From IMG/VR virus record IMGVR_UViG_3300031881_000014: 10,848 bases of DNA. One strand, 5' to 3'. Below the pieces are notes generated by a model that saw only the letters and a program-made list of their open reading frames with translations, was not told the origin of the DNA and did no database searches. The position numbers and the translations under genes were made by a program. Positions within the stretch are counted from its first letter, which is position 1, and every line of letters begins with the position of its first letter. Of this stretch, positions 1 to 7,244 are shown piece by piece. Source of the DNA: a virus.

Positions 1-707
1 ATTACTAAGTCTGTAATTTCTTCGATTTGAAATTCTTGTGGATTGTTTGAACTTGTAATTTCTATTTGTTTGACGTTGTTAGTCGTCATTACCATATTTG
101 TTATAGTATTTGTCAAGTTGTCCATTGGATTGTGTATTACTGCTCCAATTTCCTCAACCTTATTTGCATAGTAATTTTTATAGATATCCCAATAGCTCAA
201 AAATGGTATTGCGTTAAATTCTCTATATGTTGTTGAAGTTGAGTATGTTTCTTGATATCCAACTCCTCTAATGTTTAGGTAACTAAATATACTACTTGGA
301 TTAATTTGTTCGTTATCTCCTTCGTATGATTCATTTTTGTTTCCTTTTGCATAAATTTTCATTTGTGGAAATTTAATGCTTTGCATGTCTAAACCGATGT
401 TTAACATGTTCATGTGTAGTTTTGCGTTGTATAGTCTAATTGGACATTGAAATACATCTAATTGTACTTTATAGCTTCCAAACAACGGTCCAATTGTTGG
501 ATGTGTCATGATATTGCAATTTAAATCAATATCGAAGCTATCGCCTGGAAGTGCCACTTCTGTCATGAATGGTACTAATGTTCCTGCTGACATCGTTGAT
601 CTCCAAATATAGCTTAAGTCATGTGTTGATCTGCTATAATTGTGTAATTCTACTTTTTGTTTATTTCCGGCTCCTAATCTGTCGCCTCCTAATGTTACTG
701 TGCTCAT
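1..707 (-). CDS. VP1: Major capsid protein, N-terminal part (mirror copy), open at the window start
   Basis: Exact RC of 10142..10848. Confidence 0.93.
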   Translation of the reverse strand, partial: MSTVTLGGDRLGAGNKQKVELHNYSRSTHDLSYIWRSTMSAGTLVPFMTEVALPGDSFDIDLNCNIMTHPTIGPLFGSYKVQLDVFQCPIRLYNAKLHMNMLNIGLDMQSIKFPQMKIYAKGNKNESYEGDNEQINPSSIFSYLNIRGVGYQETYSTSTTYREFNAIPFLSYWDIYKNYYANKVEEIGAVIHNPMDNLTNTITNMVMTTNNVKQIEITSSNNPQEFQIEEITDLV

Positions 708-982
708 TATTCTGGTGTTTTAAATTTTTCTACTACTGCCCAGATAACTTGTGTTACTCTGTTCCATGTAATTCTTTTAAGTTCTTTTTCTAGTTCTTTT
801 TTGCTTTCGTGTACTTCTGTAATTCTATGTTGTCCGATTACTCCTATATATCCGTTTGCTATTTTTACTATTGCGAAAGGTGTTTCGTCAATAGTTGTCA
901 CTTCTTGTAGTTCCGAATTCGATTCGTGTTTGTCTAATAGGTCTACATTCGTTTGTGTATTCTCTTGTTCCACTATTTTCAT
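707..982 (-). CDS. Hypothetical 91-aa protein (mirror copy)
   Basis: Protein identical to 9867..10142+. Confidence 0.55.
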   Translation of the reverse strand: MKIVEQENTQTNVDLLDKHESNSELQEVTTIDETPFAIVKIANGYIGVIGQHRITEVHESKKELEKELKRITWNRVTQVIWAVVEKFKTPE

Positions 983-1106
983 CTATTTTATATTTAAATG
1001 TTGTTTTTATTTTATAGTATTCTTTTATTTTATTTTTCGGGATTATTTCTCCCGTTTCTATGTCTACCCATTCTGTTGTGGTGTACCATTTTTTTATGTT
1101 GTTCAT
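888..1106 (-). CDS. Hypothetical 72-aa protein (mirror copy)
   Basis: Protein identical to 9743..9961+. Confidence 0.5.
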   Translation of the reverse strand: MNNIKKWYTTTEWVDIETGEIIPKNKIKEYYKIKTTFKYKIDENSGTREYTNECRPIRQTRIEFGTTRSDNY

Positions 1107-1186
1107 AATTGTGTTCCTACTAGGAAACCCGCTGTTACTTTTAGTATTTCAATAACTAATTTTAACCAGTTCCTTTTTTCATTCAT
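1103..1186 (-). CDS. Hypothetical 27-aa peptide (mirror copy)
   Basis: RC of 9663..9746. I checked cat at 1184-1186 and tca at 1103-1105. Confidence 0.25.
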   Translation of the reverse strand: MNEKRNWLKLVIEILKVTAGFLVGTQL

Positions 1187-1505
1187 TTTTACCTCCTTTC
1201 TTTTTTTTTGGTTGATATTCTATGTGTAAATGGTCTTTTTCCAATATTACATCAAAGTCGTTTCCTAAATATTGTTTGATTTCCCAACCGCATACTTTTG
1301 CGTTTTTCATGTCTCTAGTTCTTAGGTCTACTGCTTTGTTTTTATAGTGGAGTGAGTTGGTCATATGTTTGCCGTCGTTCGCGCTTGTTATTGTTATTTC
1401 ATATTTTTCGCCCTCTATGGTCTTACATATCCACTCAATGAACATTAATTTTTCTTTTAATTTTTTGTCTAATTTTTCTATTGTTACGTTTTCTTTAGTT
1501 TTCAT
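1179..1505 (-). CDS. LAS / peptidase M15-fold zinc peptidase, probable lysin (mirror copy)
   Basis: Protein identical to 9344..9670+. Confidence 0.7.
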   Translation of the reverse strand: MKTKENVTIEKLDKKLKEKLMFIEWICKTIEGEKYEITITSANDGKHMTNSLHYKNKAVDLRTRDMKNAKVCGWEIKQYLGNDFDVILEKDHLHIEYQPKKKKGGKNE

Positions 1506-1635
1506 TTATTTTCGTTTTTAATATTTTTAATATTCTTATATATTGTTTTCTTTCTTGTATTAATTTGTACGCATATTCTAATTGTAATTCTGCTTCTTTA
1601 ATTTTGTTGTCCAAATGTATTGAATTTAATTTCAT
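1495..1635 (-). CDS. Hypothetical 46-aa protein (mirror copy)
   Basis: RC of 9214..9354. Confidence 0.35.
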   Translation of the reverse strand: MKLNSIHLDNKIKEAELQLEYAYKLIQERKQYIRILKILKTKINEN

Positions 1636-1693
1636 ATTTCCTAATTTATTTTATTATTTAACATTTTTTTAACACTTGAATGAGGAGACGAGT

Positions 1694-2725
1694 TTACTCG
1701 TTGGCTCGTGAAAGTTTGGCTTCTGCCTTTTTTAATCTTGTATAGTGTAATATTTTTCTTTTATTTATTTCGTATCTTTTTTTCTCTAGTGTTTCTGCAT
1801 TTACTTCGTTGTCTCCATATCCTAGCCTTTTGTTTTTTGCTCTGTAAAAGTCCCTTAATTTTATATAGTTATCTTCGCTTTTACTTATGTCTGTTTTTTC
1901 TCCACATACCCATCTTTCTTCTTTATCTAATTTTTGCAACCATAGTTGTTCTTTTTGTTCTTCTGTATATATTTTATTTCTGTAATATATTGGTAGGTTT
2001 ATTTTAAACCCTTGTCTAGTTGTATATGTTTCTATCGTTTCATTGTTATTATATTTATTTCTTTTACTATCGTATCTCTTCATATAGTTTTTACCTATTC
2101 CTGCGCTTGTTAGTATTTTGCTATTATAGTTTGGATGTTTTTCATCTGTTTTGTTTACATATTTTACAATATAGTTTATTGTTCTTTCGTTTACGTATCC
2201 TATGTCGTTTTTATCTAGTCTTTTTCCGTTGTTGTATTTACTGCATCCTATTGTGATTATTCCGTATTTCCAAATTTTACTTATTGTTTCATTGTCTATT
2301 TTTGTGAATATTATTCCATGTATATGGATGTTTTCTTGGTTGTTTCCTCCTATCTCTGTTATAAACCAATGTTTAACTGATTTTTTGTATTTTTTTCTCC
2401 ATCTTTCTAGGAATCTTCTTGTACTTAGTGTTGCTATTTCATTATCTAAGTTGTAGTCTGTTACTCCAGTTATTTCCTCACTTAATTTTTTATATTCTTC
2501 ATTACTATATGTTAGGGTAATGAATTTTCCCGTATTATCATGTCTTATCTCTTCGTGAAGTCTTACTTGCCATTGTCGGCTTTTTTGTTTTTTACATTCT
2601 ATACATTTACCGCATCCTACGGGAACGTATAATGTTCTTTTATCGATAACGGCGGGAATATCCCCGCCGTTTTTTTTATTCGCTTTATATTTGCGATTTT
2701 CTATTAATTTTGGATATAGACACAT
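1694..2725 (-). CDS. VP4: Replication initiation protein VP4 (mirror copy)
   Basis: Protein identical to 8124..9155+. Confidence 0.93.
   Translation of the reverse strand: MCLYPKLIENRKYKANKKNGGDIPAVIDKRTLYVPVGCGKCIECKKQKSRQWQVRLHEEIRHDNTGKFITLTYSNEEYKKLSEEITGVTDYNLDNEIATLSTRRFLERWRKKYKKSVKHWFITEIGGNNQENIHIHGIIFTKIDNETISKIWKYGIITIGCSKYNNGKRLDKNDIGYVNERTINYIVKYVNKTDEKHPNYNSKILTSAGIGKNYMKRYDSKRNKYNNNETIETYTTRQGFKINLPIYYRNKIYTEEQKEQLWLQKLDKEERWVCGEKTDISKSEDNYIKLRDFYRAKNKRLGYGDNEVNAETLEKKRYEINKRKILHYTRLKKAEAKLSRANE
2648..2671 (-). promoter_or_regulatory. Mirror copy of the Rep-internal GC-rich hairpin
   Basis: aacggcgggaatatccccgccgtt is the RC of 8178-8201. Confidence 0.3.
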
Positions 2726-3604
2726 TTATTTTAATTTGTGTGTTTGTTTATCTTCTTGCCCTGCTTCTCCGTATAGGTAGTTGATTAATTTTGTTAGTTC
2801 ACCTCCTGCTACTTTGTCAATTCCTTGAAATGTTGCATTTGTATTTGCATTGAATTTACTTATTTTGATATCTTCTTCCATTTTTTTGATTGTTGCTTGA
2901 TTTACGTCTATTCCGCTTTTCATTACTGCTAGTTTAAATGCTTCGTTTAACGTTTCAGCTTTGTATTTTTCTATTTGTGATTTTTTTGTTTGTTCTGTTA
3001 CGTTTGCGTTTGTTAGTGCTATTCTTGCTTCACTTTGTGCTTTATCATAGTTTGCTTTTAGTCCCATTACTGCCTCATCAAAAGTCATTTGCCCTAAATT
3101 ACTTTGTATTTCTGCATTTTTTGCATTAAATGTTTTTAATGCTGTATCAGCTGCTGTATTTGCTAAATTTGCTTCTCCTGTTGGGTTTTTTCCTTCTTTT
3201 ACGTCTGCGTCAGCGTTTAAGTTTCTTGCTTGTGCTTTTGCTACTTCTGTTTGTGCTGCTAAGTTTGCCATTTGCATTGCCATGCCACTTGCTACTCCTG
3301 CTTGTGCTGGTGTTCCTCCGCTTGCACTACCACCGCTTCCACTTGACACTGTCATACCTCCTCCGCCTTGTCCTCCGTACATTAGTCCTACGTTTAGTCC
3401 TGCTTTTTCCATTTGTTTTCTTTGTGCATCGTAATTGGTATTTTCCCAATTTTCTTGTTGTATTTTTTGCATTTGTTTATTCAATTCCATTTGATTGGCT
3501 TTTTGAATATCCATCAGTCTTTCTTGTTGTTGGTTTTGTTGTTCTTTTTCGAACATTCCCAACATTCCTCCTAGCATTCCCATGCCTAATTGTTCTGCTC
3601 CCAT
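2726..3604 (-). CDS. VP2: Minor capsid / DNA pilot protein VP2 (mirror copy)
   Basis: Protein identical to 7245..8123+. Confidence 0.85.
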   Translation of the reverse strand: MGAEQLGMGMLGGMLGMFEKEQQNQQQERLMDIQKANQMELNKQMQKIQQENWENTNYDAQRKQMEKAGLNVGLMYGGQGGGGMTVSSGSGGSASGGTPAQAGVASGMAMQMANLAAQTEVAKAQARNLNADADVKEGKNPTGEANLANTAADTALKTFNAKNAEIQSNLGQMTFDEAVMGLKANYDKAQSEARIALTNANVTEQTKKSQIEKYKAETLNEAFKLAVMKSGIDVNQATIKKMEEDIKISKFNANTNATFQGIDKVAGGELTKLINYLYGEAGQEDKQTHKLK

Positions 3605-3623
3605 TTTTTTCGCGCTTTTTTAA

Positions 3624-3668
3624 AGCGGTACTTTGTCTCTTGTTATATAAGAACACATGCGTACCGCT
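3624..3668 (-). promoter_or_regulatory. Mirror copy of the intergenic stem-loop
   Basis: RC of 7181-7225. Confidence 0.3.
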
Positions 3669-3681
3669 ATGTTAAATTTTT

Positions 3682-4002
3682 TTATTTATCAGTTCCGTTG
3701 CCTTGTGTTGGCTCAGCTCCGCTGTCTTCTTTTACTACTTGCATTTTTGCTTTATTGTCTCTTTTTGCTTGTACGCTTTTTGCTACATAGTCCATTGCAT
3801 CTATTGCTATTTCGAATCTATCTGTTCTAATATCATAACCTGCTTGCACCCCGTCTTTTCTATCTGTGTAGATTAGTGGTGCTCCGTCTTTTATTGGTTC
3901 TTTATTAGTTGTTATTCTTTCAATTTTTTGTTCTAGAGTTTCTCCTTCAATACTATTATTTACTTGAAATCCTCCTTTTGAGTATTTTGGTGTTTTATAC
4001 AT
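3682..4002 (-). CDS. Conserved 106-aa protein, possible scaffolding protein (mirror copy)
   Basis: Protein identical to 6847..7167+. Confidence 0.7.
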   Translation of the reverse strand: MYKTPKYSKGGFQVNNSIEGETLEQKIERITTNKEPIKDGAPLIYTDRKDGVQAGYDIRTDRFEIAIDAMDYVAKSVQAKRDNKAKMQVVKEDSGAEPTQGNGTDK

Positions 4003-4017
4003 TTTTTTAGTTTTTAT

Positions 4018-4037
4018 AAGGGGGATTTCTCCCCCTT
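4018..4037 (-). terminator. Mirror copy of the post-capsid stem-loop
   Basis: aagggggatttctccccctt is the RC of 6812-6831. Confidence 0.35.
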
Positions 4038-4043
4038 TTGTTA

Positions 4044-5395
4044 TTATAAATTAGGCATTAATTTAGCTGACATTTTACGTCTTGCTGTAATGTTTACTCC
4101 GATTTGCGCCCAGAAATTTTGTGCATCTAGTCTTGCATCTGCAAAGATGTGATTAAATTTGTTTGGGTCAATATATGTTGTTAAATCTTCGATTCCATTT
4201 GCGCTTTTTTCGTATCTTCTATTTAATGTCATCCACATTTGTGAGTTTTCTTCTGCGAAGTTTCCCCTAACTTGGTTTACATTTGTCATGTAATTTATCC
4301 ATGCTGGTTGTTTTCCTACTTCTTTATAGATTGGCACGTGTCCTGCTGTTAAATCTGTCGAAAACCACGCAAGCTGATCAGCGATGAGCGATTGGAACCC
4401 AATCTCATCCAATGCGGGTTTGTGTAGGTCATCCATTGTTTTTAAGTTTACATCCCATTTATTTCCTTGTGAGTAGTCTACTCTTGGTGTTAATGAAATG
4501 ATTCCCATGATGTAACTTGGCTCATCTACTCTTACTTTAATTTTACCACCTTTGTGTTTTTTTGTTAAAATACCTCTACCTGCTAAAGTTCCTAATGGTT
4601 GTTCTTCTTCTCCACTTGTTGAACTAGCTACTGACACTACTTCTTGAAATGTTAATTCTTTAATTAGTCCTCCTAGGTACATAGGGTTTTCTACGCTTCT
4701 TGTTCTTTCGTGTGTATATACTGCATCTAGCCAATCATCGTAACTTCCTCCGCTTACTGCGATTCTGTTAAGCATGTCATACACTTTCTTACTTAATTGT
4801 AGTGTGTCGATTGTAAATTCCCCACTGCTTGTATCAATACTTGTAATTGCATTAATTCCGTTTGTTCCGTCAATCCATTCTGTACTAATCCAGTTGTTGA
4901 ATAAGTCACTTTGATATGTTTTTAAAGCTAGTCCTTCTTGGCTTGATTTTTGGCTAAATGGTTGCGGTGTATAGTCTCCTTGATTGAACGGCCAGATATA
5001 TGGCGTTAAGTTTTGGTCATTAACTATAAATGCTCCCGTATTATATACATCTTGTAAGATGTTTTGACGCATTGTGTCAATATTATCAAGTGGAAATGTT
5101 TTTACTTGTGGTTTTAAGTTTGTTGGATTTTTTGTTGAAAAATTGTATTCGTATTTATTCCATTCAATAATGATATATCTATATTCTTCGAATGCCTTTT
5201 TTGCATAAATTTTTTTATTTACCCCGTCCCATGTAATAACGCTAAAAATTTGTTCTATACTTCTTGTTTTTGTCAATCCATTATATGTATAGTTTAGTTT
5301 AATTTCATTAAAATCTGGTTCGTTATTATTACTTAATGTTATTACTAAGTCTGTAATTTCTTCGATTTGAAATTCTTGTGGATTGTTTGAACTTG
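4044..5395 (-). CDS. VP1: Major capsid protein, C-terminal part (mirror copy), 5' end cut by the fold-back junction
   Basis: ORF track 4044..5399. Its TTG start at 5397-5399 lies in the asymmetric centre and is chimeric. The remainder is identical to the 5454..6805 product. Confidence 0.93.
5341..5395 (-). repeat. 55-nt direct repeat of 1-55 (circular closure of the RC copy), ending exactly at the fold-back junction
   Basis: attactaagtctgtaatttcttcgatttgaaattcttgtggattgtttgaacttg occurs at both places. The copies diverge at 56 (t) versus 5396 (a). Confidence 0.93.
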
Positions 5396-5508
5396 ACAAA
5401 TACTATAACAAATATGGTAATGACGACTAACAACGTCAAACAAATAGAAATTACAAGTTCAAACAATCCACAAGAATTTCAAATCGAAGAAATTACAGAC
5501 TTAGTAAT
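5390..5508 (+). repeat. Direct repeat (119 nt), partner 10730-10848, marking circular closure of the forward copy
   Basis: Compared by eye and identical. The preceding bases differ (g5389 versus c10729). Confidence 0.93.
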
Positions 5509-6805
5509 AACATTAAGTAATAATAACGAACCAGATTTTAATGAAATTAAACTAAACTATACATATAATGGATTGACAAAAACAAGAAGTATAGAACAAA
5601 TTTTTAGCGTTATTACATGGGACGGGGTAAATAAAAAAATTTATGCAAAAAAGGCATTCGAAGAATATAGATATATCATTATTGAATGGAATAAATACGA
5701 ATACAATTTTTCAACAAAAAATCCAACAAACTTAAAACCACAAGTAAAAACATTTCCACTTGATAATATTGACACAATGCGTCAAAACATCTTACAAGAT
5801 GTATATAATACGGGAGCATTTATAGTTAATGACCAAAACTTAACGCCATATATCTGGCCGTTCAATCAAGGAGACTATACACCGCAACCATTTAGCCAAA
5901 AATCAAGCCAAGAAGGACTAGCTTTAAAAACATATCAAAGTGACTTATTCAACAACTGGATTAGTACAGAATGGATTGACGGAACAAACGGAATTAATGC
6001 AATTACAAGTATTGATACAAGCAGTGGGGAATTTACAATCGACACACTACAATTAAGTAAGAAAGTGTATGACATGCTTAACAGAATCGCAGTAAGCGGA
6101 GGAAGTTACGATGATTGGCTAGATGCAGTATATACACACGAAAGAACAAGAAGCGTAGAAAACCCTATGTACCTAGGAGGACTAATTAAAGAATTAACAT
6201 TTCAAGAAGTAGTGTCAGTAGCTAGTTCAACAAGTGGAGAAGAAGAACAACCATTAGGAACTTTAGCAGGTAGAGGTATTTTAACAAAAAAACACAAAGG
6301 TGGTAAAATTAAAGTAAGAGTAGATGAGCCAAGTTACATCATGGGAATCATTTCATTAACACCAAGAGTAGACTACTCACAAGGAAATAAATGGGATGTA
6401 AACTTAAAAACAATGGATGACCTACACAAACCCGCATTGGATGAGATTGGGTTCCAATCGCTCATCGCTGATCAGCTTGCGTGGTTTTCGACAGATTTAA
6501 CAGCAGGACACGTGCCAATCTATAAAGAAGTAGGAAAACAACCAGCATGGATAAATTACATGACAAATGTAAACCAAGTTAGGGGAAACTTCGCAGAAGA
6601 AAACTCACAAATGTGGATGACATTAAATAGAAGATACGAAAAAAGCGCAAATGGAATCGAAGATTTAACAACATATATTGACCCAAACAAATTTAATCAC
6701 ATCTTTGCAGATGCAAGACTAGATGCACAAAATTTCTGGGCGCAAATCGGAGTAAACATTACAGCAAGACGTAAAATGTCAGCTAAATTAATGCCTAATT
6801 TATAA
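5390..6805 (+). CDS. VP1: Major capsid protein, C-terminal 471 aa, 5' end cut by the fold-back junction
   Basis: ORF track 5378..6805. Its first residues (M)DCL come from a GTG in the other arm and are chimeric. From NLTNTITNMVMTT onward it continues the 10142.. reading frame exactly. The closed-circle gene is 2,004 nt, or 667 aa. It ends in tandem stops taa taa at 6803-6808. Confidence 0.93.
   Translation, partial: NLTNTITNMVMTTNNVKQIEITSSNNPQEFQIEEITDLVITLSNNNEPDFNEIKLNYTYNGLTKTRSIEQIFSVITWDGVNKKIYAKKAFEEYRYIIIEWNKYEYNFSTKNPTNLKPQVKTFPLDNIDTMRQNILQDVYNTGAFIVNDQNLTPYIWPFNQGDYTPQPFSQKSSQEGLALKTYQSDLFNNWISTEWIDGTNGINAITSIDTSSGEFTIDTLQLSKKVYDMLNRIAVSGGSYDDWLDAVYTHERTRSVENPMYLGGLIKELTFQEVVSVASSTSGEEEQPLGTLAGRGILTKKHKGGKIKVRVDEPSYIMGIISLTPRVDYSQGNKWDVNLKTMDDLHKPALDEIGFQSLIADQLAWFSTDLTAGHVPIYKEVGKQPAWINYMTNVNQVRGNFAEENSQMWMTLNRRYEKSANGIEDLTTYIDPNKFNHIFADARLDAQNFWAQIGVNITARRKMSAKLMPNL
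5396..5453 (+). other. Asymmetric 58-nt centre (loop) of the palindrome, made of forward-orientation genome sequence contiguous with the right arm
   Basis: acaaatactataacaaatatggtaatgacgactaacaacgtcaaacaaatagaaatta is not self-complementary. It recurs at 10736-10793 (+) and as its RC at 56-113. Confidence 0.95.
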
Positions 6806-6811
6806 TAACAA

Positions 6812-6831
6812 AAGGGGGAGAAATCCCCCTT
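6812..6831 (+). terminator. Stem-loop AAGGGGGA-GAAA-TCCCCCTT just after the capsid gene, a possible terminator/attenuator or ssDNA structural signal
   Basis: Perfect 8-bp stem with a GAAA (GNRA-type) loop, 6 nt after the tandem stops. No U-tract follows, so it is not a canonical intrinsic terminator. Confidence 0.35.
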
Positions 6832-6846
6832 ATAAAAACTAAAAAA

Positions 6847-7167
6847 ATGTATAAAACACCAAAATACTCAAAAGGAGGATTTCAAGTAAATAATAGTATT
6901 GAAGGAGAAACTCTAGAACAAAAAATTGAAAGAATAACAACTAATAAAGAACCAATAAAAGACGGAGCACCACTAATCTACACAGATAGAAAAGACGGGG
7001 TGCAAGCAGGTTATGATATTAGAACAGATAGATTCGAAATAGCAATAGATGCAATGGACTATGTAGCAAAAAGCGTACAAGCAAAAAGAGACAATAAAGC
7101 AAAAATGCAAGTAGTAAAAGAAGACAGCGGAGCTGAGCCAACACAAGGCAACGGAACTGATAAATAA
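6847..7167 (+). CDS. Conserved 106-aa microvirus protein between VP1 and VP2, possibly an internal scaffolding (VP3-like) protein
   Basis: Clean ORF in the sense orientation with an A-rich leader. The segment GETLEQKIERITTNKEPIKDGAPLIYTDRKDGVQAGYDIRTDRFEIAIDAMD resembles a small protein I recall from gut microvirus genomes. The functional assignment is tentative. Confidence 0.7.
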   Translation: MYKTPKYSKGGFQVNNSIEGETLEQKIERITTNKEPIKDGAPLIYTDRKDGVQAGYDIRTDRFEIAIDAMDYVAKSVQAKRDNKAKMQVVKEDSGAEPTQGNGTDK

Positions 7168-7180
7168 AAAAATTTAACAT

Positions 7181-7225
7181 AGCGGTACGCATGTGTTCTT
7201 ATATAACAAGAGACAAAGTACCGCT
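7181..7225 (+). promoter_or_regulatory. Stem-loop in the largest intergenic region (AGCGGTAC ... GTACCGCT with a 29-nt loop containing the palindrome TTATATAA)
   Basis: The 8-bp perfect inverted repeat 7181-7188 / 7218-7225 lies in the 77-nt non-coding gap between the 106-aa gene and VP2. Function unknown. Confidence 0.3.
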
Positions 7226-7244
7226 TTAAAAAAGCGCGAAAAAA

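Larger units (their letters stand above)
1..5395. repeat. Left arm of a window-wide perfect inverted repeat (RC copy of the phage genome, one unit plus 55 nt)
   Basis: x pairs with 10849-x. Every ORF-track protein recurs identically at mirrored coordinates (e.g. 1694..2725- equals 8124..9155+). By eye, 1-120 is the RC of 10729-10848. Pairing stops at 5396/5453 (a opposite a). Confidence 0.97.
56..5395 (-). other. Second complete unit (5,340 nt) of the same genome, RC orientation
   Basis: Mirror of the right copy. 1-55 is identical to 5341-5395, the same 5,340-nt period. Confidence 0.88.

Noticed and set aside
5395-5396. The sign change of nucleotide skew and gene orientation at the centre read as a chromosomal origin or terminus of replication.
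   Set aside because: It is a trivial consequence of joining two opposite-orientation copies of a single-strand-coded genome.
5378-5399. The ORF-track start codons GTG 5378 (MDCLNL...) and TTG 5399 (MSSS...) of the two central capsid ORFs.
   Set aside because: Each start lies across the fold-back junction in sequence belonging to the other arm or to the loop. The native capsid gene starts at 10142 (mirror 707). These N-termini are chimeric by-products of the junction.
7014-7021. Further fragments matching the phiX174 origin: TGATATTA at 7014-7021, ACACTATA at 9101-9108 and CAACTT at 8395-8400 inside VP4.
   Set aside because: These are isolated 6-8-mers with no flanking similarity or structure, which is expected by chance in an AT-rich 5-kb genome. 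They also show that the junction-site match should be treated cautiously.
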